A DNA stretch of 64,000 nt from Rhodocyclaceae bacterium (lineage in GTDB: Bacteria > Pseudomonadota > Gammaproteobacteria > Burkholderiales > Rhodocyclaceae), in assembly GCA_035255045.1 (NCBI GenBank), contig DATFAA010000034.1:26435-90434 (forward strand), written 5' to 3'. Shown here in pieces: positions 19,884 to 28,504 of the stretch. The notes beneath the pieces were generated by a model, which worked only from the letters and a program-made list of their open reading frames with translations, was not told the DNA's origin and searched no databases. The first letter of the stretch is position 1. The number at the start of each line of letters is the position of its first letter. The translations under genes were made by a program, and so were the position numbers.

Positions 19884-20177
19884 ATGAACGTACTGATCAC
19901 CCAGGCCATCAGGGAAGGCCGTTTGCTGCGGCTGACCTATCAATACCAGGCCAGAACCATCGAGCCCCACGTCCTCGGACTCACCAAGGATCGGCGGGAA
20001 GCCCTGCTGTGCCGGCAGCTGCAGCCCCTGGCGGCGGACGGCGAGGGCTGGCGCCTGTTCTACCTGGCCGGGATTTCCAACCTGCGCATGCTCGACGACC
20101 GCTTCGCGGCGCCGCCGGAAGAGATGCTGCCGCCCGTCGAGCACTTCTCGGCTACGTACGCCATTCTTCAGCCGTAG
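19884..20177 (+). CDS. stand-alone WYL-domain-like small protein
   Basis: GGGGAGG Shine-Dalgarno sequence. The product is MNVLITQAIREGRLLRLTYQYQARTIEPHVLGL...GWRLFYLAGISNLRMLDDRF. This follows the WYL pattern (R-l-x-f-x-Y...R-x-v-x-P...W-y-l...R-x-F-x-l-x-R-I). The 3' end overlaps the convergent kinase gene by 26 nt. Confidence 0.5.
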   Translation: MNVLITQAIREGRLLRLTYQYQARTIEPHVLGLTKDRREALLCRQLQPLAADGEGWRLFYLAGISNLRMLDDRFAAPPEEMLPPVEHFSATYAILQP

Positions 20178-21345
20178 GCGCCAGTTCGCGGTCGGCGGCG
20201 GCCGTGGCGGGCAGGGTGAAGTAGAAGGTGCTGCCGGCGCCTTCCCGGGAATCGACCCAGAGACGCCCGCCGTGGCGCTCCATGATGCGGGTGCAGATGG
20301 CCAGGCCGATGCCGCTGCCCGGGTATTCCTGCTGGGTGTGGAGGCGGCGGAAGATTTCGAACACCCGCTGGTGGTACTTGGGATCGATGCCGATGCCGTT
20401 GTCGGCGACGGAAAAAACCCACTCCTCCCCCTGGCGCTCCGCCGCCACGACGATCCGGGGCGTCTCGGCGGTGTTGTACTTGATGCCGTTCTCGATCAGG
20501 TTCTGCAGCACCTGGGCGAGCTGAATGCGGTCCGCTCCGACGGTGGGCAGCCGGCTGCAGGCCACTTCGGCCCACCGTTCCCGGATCCGTTCGGCGAGGT
20601 TGGCCTTGACCTCCTCGAACAGGCGCTGGCAGTCGGTAGCCTCGAAGGGGCGGGCCTGGGAGTCCAGGCGGGCGTAGGCCAGGAGGTCGTCGATGAGGGA
20701 CTGCATGCGGTTCGTGCCCTCGGCGACCCGGGCCATCCATTCCTCGGCCTCCGGGTCCAGCCGGCCCGCCATGTTGCGGCGCAGGAGCTGGGTGAACAGG
20801 GAGATGGAACGGAGCGGCGTCTGCAGGTCATGGGCCGCCACATGGGCGAAGTGCTGCAGGTCCAGGTTGCTCCTCAGGAGCGCCTCGTTGGCCAGGCGCA
20901 GTTCCTCCTCCACCCGCAGGCGCTCGGCGATCTCGCTGCGCAGCTCCTCATTGACCGCCTGCAGCTGGCGCGGACTGGGAATGCCGAGGGCCCGGGGCAG
21001 CATCGGCCAGAGGGTGACGGCGGTGGCGACCGAAATCAGGGCGGTGAGGGCCTTGAGTCCGGCGTCGAGCCAGTAGAGCGGCTGCCAGAGGATCAGGGTG
21101 CCCACCAGGTGGGTAGTGCCGCAGGCCAGGATGAAGGCGGCGAACATCCAGAGCAGCCACGGGTAGGGGAAATCCGGCCGCCGCCGGGCGAAGTAGCCGA
21201 TGGCCACCGGCATGGAGAAATAGGAAACGCCGATGAGCAGGTCGCTGACCACGTAGGTGCCGATCAGCGGCGCTGACCAGCTGATGCAGTAGCCGTGGGG
21301 CAGGAAGCCGTTCTGGATCAGGAGGCGTCCCAGTTCTTCGATCAT
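20152..21345 (-). CDS. sensor histidine kinase with N-terminal ethylene-binding-domain-like (ETR1-type) 3-TM sensor
   Basis: Start MIEELGRLLIQNGFLPHGYCISW. Residues about 20-130 align to the ETR1 ethylene-binding domain (see findings). A coiled coil, a HisKA domain (FAHVAAHDLQTPLRSI) and a HATPase domain (GIGLAICTRIMERHGG) follow. Confidence 0.85.
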   Translation of the reverse strand: MIEELGRLLIQNGFLPHGYCISWSAPLIGTYVVSDLLIGVSYFSMPVAIGYFARRRPDFPYPWLLWMFAAFILACGTTHLVGTLILWQPLYWLDAGLKALTALISVATAVTLWPMLPRALGIPSPRQLQAVNEELRSEIAERLRVEEELRLANEALLRSNLDLQHFAHVAAHDLQTPLRSISLFTQLLRRNMAGRLDPEAEEWMARVAEGTNRMQSLIDDLLAYARLDSQARPFEATDCQRLFEEVKANLAERIRERWAEVACSRLPTVGADRIQLAQVLQNLIENGIKYNTAETPRIVVAAERQGEEWVFSVADNGIGIDPKYHQRVFEIFRRLHTQQEYPGSGIGLAICTRIMERHGGRLWVDSREGAGSTFYFTLPATAAADRELAPTAEEWRT

Positions 21346-21444
21346 CGCAACTCCCGGCAGGAGGGCCGGGAAGGCCGGCCGACCCCGCATGATAGCCGGA
21401 TTATGGCTTTCGGCCGATGCCCACGGTCTATGCCAGCCGGCTTT

Positions 21445-22524
21445 TCAGGCCAGCAGGGCCACCGCCTTCACCTGGGTCCACACCGGCAGTCCCGGTTCGA
21501 TGGCCAGTTCCCGGCGGGAGCGTTCGGTGATGCGGGCGAGGAGCGGCGTCGGTCCGACCTGGACCTGGACCAGGACGTGCCCCGGCGTATCGGTGGGAGC
21601 GACGGCGGTGATGGTGGCGGCCAGGATGTTGAGGATGCTGGAAGTATGGGGACGCTCAAGGGCGAGGCTCACGTCCCGGGCATGGATGCGGCAGCGCAGC
21701 CGGCTGCCCAGCGCCTCCGGCCGGCGGCCGACCCGCAGGCAGCCGCCGGGAAAGTCCAGGCGGGACAGGTTGTCCTCCTCGTGGCCCGCCAGGGTGGTCT
21801 CCAGCACCACCCCCGCATCGTCGGCGAAGGCCGGCGGCAGGTCGGCCCGGGCCAGGGTCTCCATGAGCGGCCCGCTCGCCGCCACCCGGCCGTTGTCCAG
21901 GAGCACCAGGTGGTCGGCCAGGCGCGCCACCTCGTCAGGGGCGTGGCTGACGTAGATGATTGGGATCGAAAGCTCGTCGTGGAGGCGTTCCAGGTAAGGG
22001 AGGATTTCCAGCTTGCGCTTCAAGTCGAGGGCGGCCAGGGGCTCGTCCATGAGGAGGAGCCGCGGCGCCGCCAGGAGCGCCCGGGCGATGGCCACCCGCT
22101 GGCGCTCGCCACCGGAAAGGCTGTCCGGCCGCCGCTCCAGGAGGCCCCCCAGGCCCAGGAGCTCCGCCACGGCCGGCAGCTCGAAACGCCGCTCTGCCGC
22201 CGGCGCCCGTTTCTGCCCGAATTCCAGATTGCCCCGCACCGACAGGTGGGGGAACAGGCTCGCCTCCTGGAAGACGTAGCCCAGGGCCCGCCGGTGGGTC
22301 GGGACGAAGATGCCCCGGCCGTCGTCCTGCCAGGTTTCGCCGTCGATGGCGAAGAGGCCGCCGGGAGCCCGTTCGAGGCCGGCCATGGCCCGCAGGCAGG
22401 TGGTCTTGCCGGAACCGGAGTGGCCGAAGAGGGCGCTCACTCCCCGGCTGGGCAGCGCCAGGTCCACGTCCAAGGTGAAATCCCCCCGGGGCAGGCGGAA
22501 GCGGGCGCGGATGCCGCCGCTCAC
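21445..22524 (-). CDS. modC: molybdate ABC transporter ATP-binding protein
   Basis: GTG start overlapping the modB stop (GTGA). Walker [10 protein letters not shown], signature LSGGERQRV, and a C-terminal TOBE/Mop domain. The upstream 193 aa of ORF 21445..23103 are spurious. Confidence 0.9.
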   Translation of the reverse strand: MSGGIRARFRLPRGDFTLDVDLALPSRGVSALFGHSGSGKTTCLRAMAGLERAPGGLFAIDGETWQDDGRGIFVPTHRRALGYVFQEASLFPHLSVRGNLEFGQKRAPAAERRFELPAVAELLGLGGLLERRPDSLSGGERQRVAIARALLAAPRLLLMDEPLAALDLKRKLEILPYLERLHDELSIPIIYVSHAPDEVARLADHLVLLDNGRVAASGPLMETLARADLPPAFADDAGVVLETTLAGHEEDNLSRLDFPGGCLRVGRRPEALGSRLRCRIHARDVSLALERPHTSSILNILAATITAVAPTDTPGHVLVQVQVGPTPLLARITERSRRELAIEPGLPVWTQVKAVALLA

Positions 22525-23197
22525 CGTTGCCCCCGGCGGTCCTGGGGACTGAAGGTGTAGAGGGCGAAGAGCACCAGGAAGCTGAAGGCCAGCATGCCCG
22601 CCGCCAGCCAATGGGCCTGGGCGTATTCCAGGGCCTCGACGTGGTCGTAGATCTGCACCGATACCACCCGGGTGCGGTCCGGGATGTTGCCGCCGATCAT
22701 GAGCACCACCCCGAATTCCCCCACCGTGTGGGCAAAGCCAAGGACGGCGCCGGACAGGAAGCCGGGCCGGGCCAGGGGCACCGCCACCGACCAGAAGGCG
22801 TCCCAGGGGCTGGCCCGCAGGGTGGCCGCCGCCTCCAGGGGGCGCTCGCCGATGGCCTCGAAGGCGTTCTGCAGGGGCTGCACGACGAAGGGCAGGGAGT
22901 AGAACACCGAGGCCACCACCAGGCCCGGGAAGGTGAAGGGCAGGGTGCCCAGCCCCAGGGCCTCGGTCATCCGCCCCACCGGGCCCTGGGGGCCGAGGGC
23001 GACCAGCAGGTAGAAGCCGAGCACGGTGGGGGGCAGCACCAGGGGCAGGGCGACGACGGCGCCCACCACTCCTTTCAGGCGGGAGCCGGTGCGGGCCAGC
23101 CACCAGGCGATGGGGGTGCCGATGACCAGGAGCAGGGCCGTCACCACGGTGGCGAGCTCGAGGGTGAGCCGGACGGCCGCGAGGTCGGCGGCTTCCA

Positions 23198-23198
<1 letters not shown>
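22521..23198 (-). CDS. modB: molybdate ABC transporter permease
   Basis: Start [19 protein letters not shown], overlapping the modA stop (TGATG). The EAA-loop-like sequence is [25 protein letters not shown]. Confidence 0.9.
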
Positions 23199-23968
<770 letters not shown>

Positions 23969-24069
23969 TCATCCGGGTATTACTGCCCTATACGCCAGGA
24001 GTCGGATCGGCCTTTCGGAGCCGCCGCCGGGGCCGGGAATGGGGATGTGTCGGGCTCGTGAAATAAAGC

Positions 24070-24098
24070 TTGCATCAAGTGCAGGAGCAGTCTATATT
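24070..24098 (+). promoter_or_regulatory. sigma70-like promoter of cspA with a long 5' UTR
   Basis: TTGCAT-17 nt-TATATT. This leaves a 5' UTR of roughly 150 nt that is AT-richer than its surroundings, as is usual for cold-shock cspA genes. Confidence 0.4.
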
Positions 24099-24250
24099 GG
24101 CTTAATCGGGATATCCAAGCAGTGAATTAGCTCCCTCCGGTTGTGCCCCCCTTCTCAGCGGTACTCCAGTTCGTCAGCTCCTCCGTCTTGATTCTCGTAT
24201 CATCGGGCTCAGCCCAATTTTTATCTGTTTTAGTAAGGAAGCTATAGAAC

Positions 24251-24457
24251 ATGGCAACTGGTACTGTTAAGTGGTTCAACGACGCCAAGGGTTTCGGATT
24301 CATTTCCCCGTCCGACGGTGGTGAAGACCTTTTTGCCCATTTCTCCGCCATTCAAGGCAACGGTTTCAAGACCCTGTCCGAAAACCAGAAGGTGACCTTC
24401 GACATCGTCACCGGCCCCAAGGGCAAGCAGGCTGCCAACATTCGCCCCGCCGAATAA
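24251..24457 (+). CDS. cspA: cold-shock protein (CspA family)
   Basis: [51 protein letters not shown] contains the RNP1 and RNP2 motifs. Confidence 0.95.
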   Translation: MATGTVKWFNDAKGFGFISPSDGGEDLFAHFSAIQGNGFKTLSENQKVTFDIVTGPKGKQAANIRPAE

Positions 24458-24481
24458 GTCACTAGCCTGACATTGTGAAGA

Positions 24482-24505
24482 AGCCCGGCCTAGCCGGGCT
24501 TTTTT
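24482..24505 (+). terminator. Rho-independent terminator of cspA
   Basis: AGCCCGGC-CTA-GCCGGGCT followed by TTTTT. Confidence 0.8.
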
Positions 24506-24697
24506 CGTTTACGGGCCTCCTGTAGGAGGGCGTCAGGTCCAGTACTGAACAGCGCGTGAGGGCGACTCCTCACTCCGCCAGGGGGGCTTCCCCAAAAGAA
24601 CTACATCAAACGGGATACTTTTTACCCTACTCCGGTCGAATATGAAGGTCGCAGGTGGCATCGAGCATATGCGGCCGCCGGAGAAAAGGAGGTTCCC

Positions 24698-25648
24698 ATG
24701 GCACTTTCCACCAACGACCAGGCACTGCTGCAGGAAATGGACCTCTCCGACGAGGAGATCGAGCTGCGCAAGGCCTTCCTCGAACTCGGCCCCGAAGACA
24801 TCGCCACTCTCCAGCGCATGGACAGCTTGGCCCGGCAGTATGCCGATCCGGTGATCGAGGATTTCTACGGGCATATCCTGTCCTTCAAGGAGACGGCGGA
24901 CTTCTTCCGCGACCCCGCCACCCTGCGGCGGGTCAAGGAACTGCAGAAGCGCTACTTCCTCGACCTCACCAGCGGCGAGTTCGGGCGGGAGTACACCGCC
25001 AACCGGGTTCGCCTCGGCGTCATCCACCAGCGCATCAACCTGGCCATCAAGTGGTACCTGGGGATGTTCAGCTTCTACCTGCGGGCGGTGTCCAGCCGGC
25101 TCACCGAGGCTCACCCCGACGAGCCGCAGCGGGTGCTCGACACCCTCATGTCCCTGGCCAAGATTATCTTTTTCGATATCGGCATCCAGGTGGATACCTA
25201 CATCTACCAGCGGGAACGGACCATCCGCCAGCAGCAGGAGGCCATCCGGGAGCTGTCGACCCCGGTGCTGCAGGTGCGGGAGCGGCTCCTCATCCTGCCC
25301 ATCATCGGCATCATCGACACCTTCCGGGCCCGCCAGCTCACCGAGAACCTGCTCAAGGCCATCCGCGACAACCGGGCCAAGGTGGTGGTCATGGACATCA
25401 CCGGCGTGGCGGCGGTGGATTCCCGGGTCGCCAATCATCTGCTGCAGACCGTCGCCGCCGCCAAACTAATGGGGGCGACAGTGATCATCACCGGCCTCTC
25501 CGCCGAAGTGGCCCAGACCCTGGTCACCCTGGGCGTGGACCTGTCGACCCTCAACACCGTCGGCGACCTCCAGGGCGGCATCGAGGAAGCCGAGCGGATG
25601 CTCGGCTACAAGGTCATCAATACCCGCGAGGCGCCGCCCGCACCCTGA
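24698..25648 (+). CDS. rsbR: stressosome sensor RsbR homologue: N-terminal globin-coupled-sensor (protoglobin) domain plus C-terminal STAS domain
   Basis: AAAGGAGG Shine-Dalgarno sequence. The N-terminal ~160 aa look like a sensor globin (VIEDFYGHIL..., VRLGVIHQRINLAIKWYLG with a candidate proximal His). The STAS domain contains ILPIIGIIDTFRARQL and MDITGVAAVDSRVANHLL. Confidence 0.85.
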   Translation: MALSTNDQALLQEMDLSDEEIELRKAFLELGPEDIATLQRMDSLARQYADPVIEDFYGHILSFKETADFFRDPATLRRVKELQKRYFLDLTSGEFGREYTANRVRLGVIHQRINLAIKWYLGMFSFYLRAVSSRLTEAHPDEPQRVLDTLMSLAKIIFFDIGIQVDTYIYQRERTIRQQQEAIRELSTPVLQVRERLLILPIIGIIDTFRARQLTENLLKAIRDNRAKVVVMDITGVAAVDSRVANHLLQTVAAAKLMGATVIITGLSAEVAQTLVTLGVDLSTLNTVGDLQGGIEEAERMLGYKVINTREAPPAP

Positions 25649-25663
25649 CCCCCGGGAGGGAAC

Positions 25664-26035
25664 ATGGCGATTCCTATCCTGAAGCAGGGCGACATGCTCA
25701 TCGCTTCCATCCAGGCCGCCCTCGGTGACCGCGACCTCATCGAATTGCGGGACGAGCTGGTGGCCAAGGTCGGGCGCTACCGCTCCCGGGGGGTGGTGGT
25801 GGATGTCACCGCCCTCGATGTCCTCGATTCCTTCGCCGTCCGCACCCTGCGGGGCATCGCCCACGTCACCCAGCTCCGTGGGGCGACCACGGTGGTGGTC
25901 GGCATCCAGCCGGAAGTGGCCTTCGCCATGGTGCAGCTGGGCCTGCAACTGGAAGGGATCGAGACCGCCCTCGACCTCGAGGAGGGAATGGAAATGCTCT
26001 CCCGGCGTCTTAAGGGGGATGGCCCCCATGGCTGA
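25664..26035 (+). CDS. rsbS: stressosome scaffold RsbS homologue (single STAS domain)
   Basis: IPILKQGDMLIASIQ...VVVDVTALDVLDSFAVRTL...GIQPEVAFAMVQLGL...IETALDLEEG parallels B. subtilis RsbS, from memory, including the phosphorylatable Ser in the LDSF motif. Confidence 0.85.
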   Translation: MAIPILKQGDMLIASIQAALGDRDLIELRDELVAKVGRYRSRGVVVDVTALDVLDSFAVRTLRGIAHVTQLRGATTVVVGIQPEVAFAMVQLGLQLEGIETALDLEEGMEMLSRRLKGDGPHG

Positions 26036-26429
26036 CGAGGTCAGGATTTCCATCCGGCAGGACATGGACATCGTCACGGCCCGCCAGCTCGGACGGGAAA
26101 TGGCCGGCCGCATCGGCTTCGCCGGCAGCGACCTCACGGTCATCGCCACCGCCATTTCGGAAGTGGTGCGCAACATCGTGGTCTACGCCCAGTCCGGCGA
26201 GCTGATCCTGGAAGCGATCCACAACGGCGGGCGGTCCGGCATTCTCATCGTCGCCCGGGACCGGGGGCCGGGCATCCCGGACGTGGCCCAGGCCATGATG
26301 GACGGCTACTCCACCGGCGGTAGCCTGGGCCTCGGCCTGCCCGGCGCCAAGCGCCTGATGGATGACTTCGAGATCGTGTCGACGGTGGGCCAGGGCACGA
26401 CAGTGACCATGAAAAAATGGAAACGATGA
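26028..26429 (+). CDS. rsbT: RsbT-like serine kinase / switch protein (HATPase_c, anti-sigma-factor type)
   Basis: The ATG at 26028 overlaps rsbS by 8 nt. The product is MADEVRISIRQDMDIVTARQLGREMA...EVVRNIVVYA...DRGPGIPDV...GLGLPGAKRLMD, 133 aa. Confidence 0.85.
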   Translation: MADEVRISIRQDMDIVTARQLGREMAGRIGFAGSDLTVIATAISEVVRNIVVYAQSGELILEAIHNGGRSGILIVARDRGPGIPDVAQAMMDGYSTGGSLGLGLPGAKRLMDDFEIVSTVGQGTTVTMKKWKR

Positions 26430-27043
26430 GCGACACCCTTCCCGGCCTGGAGTGGACCGTGGCCCAGCGCCCGATGCCGGGCGAGACGGTCAGCGGCGAC
26501 CGCTGCCTGGTCCGGCCCTGGGGCGGCGGCATCCTCCTGGCCGCCATGGACGGCCTCGGCCACGGCGAGGAGGCCGCCCGGGCGGCCCGCGCCGCCACCG
26601 GCTGCCTGGCCGGGGAGCGCCCGGCCAGCGATCTCGCCGGCGCCATCCGGGAGTGCCACGAGGTCCTGCGGGGAACCCGCGGCGTGGCCCTGACCGCCGC
26701 CCTCTACCATCCCGCCCAGGGACGCCTGCAGTGGGTCAGCGTCGGCAATGTGGAGGCCGTCCTCTGGCAGCGGCCGGGGCATCCCGAGGGTCGGCGCCAG
26801 TGCGTCACCCCGCGGGGGGGCGTGGTCGGCTACCAGCTGCCGACCCTCCACGTCGCCACCCTCGACGTGGCGGCGGGGGACGTCTTCTGCCTGGCCACCG
26901 ACGGCATCGCCTCCGCCTTCGTCGAGAAGACGCCGGCCTTCCTCGAGCCCCGGCGCCTGGCCGGCTACATCATGGAGCGCTACGGCAAGGGCACTGACGA
27001 CGCCCTGGTGCTGGCCGCCCGTTTCGGCGAGGCCGAGCCATGA
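26417..27043 (+). CDS. rsbX: RsbX-like PP2C/SpoIIE-family feedback phosphatase
   Basis: It overlaps rsbT by 13 nt. Motifs are PGETVSGDRCLV...LAAMDGLGHGEEAA...LATDGI, the metal-binding Asp motifs of PP2C. Confidence 0.8.
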   Translation: METMSDTLPGLEWTVAQRPMPGETVSGDRCLVRPWGGGILLAAMDGLGHGEEAARAARAATGCLAGERPASDLAGAIRECHEVLRGTRGVALTAALYHPAQGRLQWVSVGNVEAVLWQRPGHPEGRRQCVTPRGGVVGYQLPTLHVATLDVAAGDVFCLATDGIASAFVEKTPAFLEPRRLAGYIMERYGKGTDDALVLAARFGEAEP

Positions 27044-28104
27044 CGGAAACCGGCCTAGCCCTCCTCTCCCAGAACTACAGCAAGGCGCTGGGCGACTTCC
27101 TGGTCAAGTTCGACGAGAACGCCCGGCTGCAGGCCTATGAGCTGGGGCGCCAGGCCCTGGCGGAGGGCGTCGGGCTCCTGGACCTGGTCACCATCCACCA
27201 CCTCGCCCTGGGCTCCTTCATCGGCCACAACCACGGCCGGATCAGCAAGATCTGGCTGTCCCGGGCCGGGGAATTCCTCAGCGAGTGCCTGAGCCCCTTC
27301 GAGATGAGCCAGCGGGGCTATCGGGAGGCGAACCAGAGCCTGCGCCGCATGAACGAGGTGCTGCAGGAGAAGAACGACGAGATCAGCCGGGCCAACCGGG
27401 AGCTGGAAGCCTTCAGCTACTCCGTGGCCCACGATCTGCGGGCCCCTCTGCGCAGCATCGACGGCTTTTCCCGCATCCTTCTGCGGGACAACGCCGACCA
27501 ACTCGACGAGTCCGGCCGGGAATACCTGGGGCTGGTGCGGGAATCGGCCCAGCGCATGGGCCACCTCCTGGAGGACATGCTCAACCTGGCCCGCTATTCC
27601 CGGGCCGAAATGCACTTCGAGCCCGTCGATCTGGCCACCGTCGCCCGGGAGGTGATGGGGCGGGTGCGCCAGGAGCAGCCGGAGCGCCGGCTGGAATTCA
27701 GCGTCCCCGCCACCCTGCCGGCCCGGGGCGACCCCGTCCTGCTGGCGGCGGTCCTGGAGAACCTGCTGGGCAACGCCTGGAAATACTCCCGGCCCCGGGA
27801 GGTGGCCCGCATCGAACTGGGCTGGTCGCCGGAGCAGGGCGCCTACTTCGTGCGGGACAACGGGGTCGGCTTCGACATGGCCTACGCGGGCAAACTCTTC
27901 AAGGTCTTCCAGCGCCTCCACTCGGTCGCCCAGTTCGAGGGCACCGGGGTCGGCCTGGCCATCGTCGAGCGCATCGTCGAACGCCACGGCGGCCGGGTCT
28001 GGGCCGACGCCAAGGTGGACCAGGGTTGCACCTTCTATTTCACCCTGACCGATTCCCGCACCCAGGCCTCCCAGGCCGTCCCTTCCATGAATCCAGGCCG
28101 GTAA
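27040..28104 (+). CDS. histidine kinase with N-terminal RsbU_N-type (RsbT-docking) domain
   Basis: ATGA overlap with rsbX. The N-terminal ~90 aa helical domain resembles the RsbU N-domain (YSKALGDFL...LQAYELGRQAL...LDLVTIHH...EFLSECLSPFEM). A coiled coil, HisKA (FSYSVAHDLRAPLRSI) and HATPase follow. Confidence 0.85.
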   Translation: MTETGLALLSQNYSKALGDFLVKFDENARLQAYELGRQALAEGVGLLDLVTIHHLALGSFIGHNHGRISKIWLSRAGEFLSECLSPFEMSQRGYREANQSLRRMNEVLQEKNDEISRANRELEAFSYSVAHDLRAPLRSIDGFSRILLRDNADQLDESGREYLGLVRESAQRMGHLLEDMLNLARYSRAEMHFEPVDLATVAREVMGRVRQEQPERRLEFSVPATLPARGDPVLLAAVLENLLGNAWKYSRPREVARIELGWSPEQGAYFVRDNGVGFDMAYAGKLFKVFQRLHSVAQFEGTGVGLAIVERIVERHGGRVWADAKVDQGCTFYFTLTDSRTQASQAVPSMNPGR

Positions 28105-28504
28105 GGGCAACCCTACCGGCAGAAAGCGGGGTTTTGCCCATGGCAGCTCGTTTCCGGCCGATGGTCCAATGGCATATGTCATAGCCTTTCCCCGGTGGGG
28201 TCGCGTCCCCCGGCAGAAAGGCCAGCCATTCACGGAGCCTTGCCCATGACCAGACGCTTGCCGGTCCGGCCCCGGCGCGAACTTTGCGCCCCGCCGAAAC
28301 GTCCTAGCAACACCGTACCCCGAGAGCCGGCAGAAGGGGCCGCAACCGCCGCCCCAGTGCCGTCCCGACTGTCCAGCACGTCCGCCGGGCCCGCCTGGGG
28401 CCGGTGGAACGGGTCCATTCGCGTCCGGCCCGGCCCGGGGAAGAACATTGTGATTTTCCCGCCAGGAACGGAACCGCGAGCCACAGCTAGGTCGGAAGGT
28501 TAGC

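Noticed and set aside
21445-23103. 552-aa form of the modC ORF, and the 681-aa (891..2936) and 652-aa (1700..3658) extended ORFs
   Set aside because: The N-terminal extensions overlap the upstream genes (modB, OMF, RND) and are Pro/Arg-rich. Internal starts with 4-nt start/stop overlaps give proteins of canonical length.
28195-28503. 102-aa ORF (and the antisense 84-aa ORF) in the 400-bp spacer after the stressosome kinase
   Set aside because: No Shine-Dalgarno sequence, Pro/Arg/Ala-rich composition, and no motif of a receiver or any other domain. I also found no receiver-like remnant in the two listed ORFs or elsewhere that I could read. I treat the region as non-coding.
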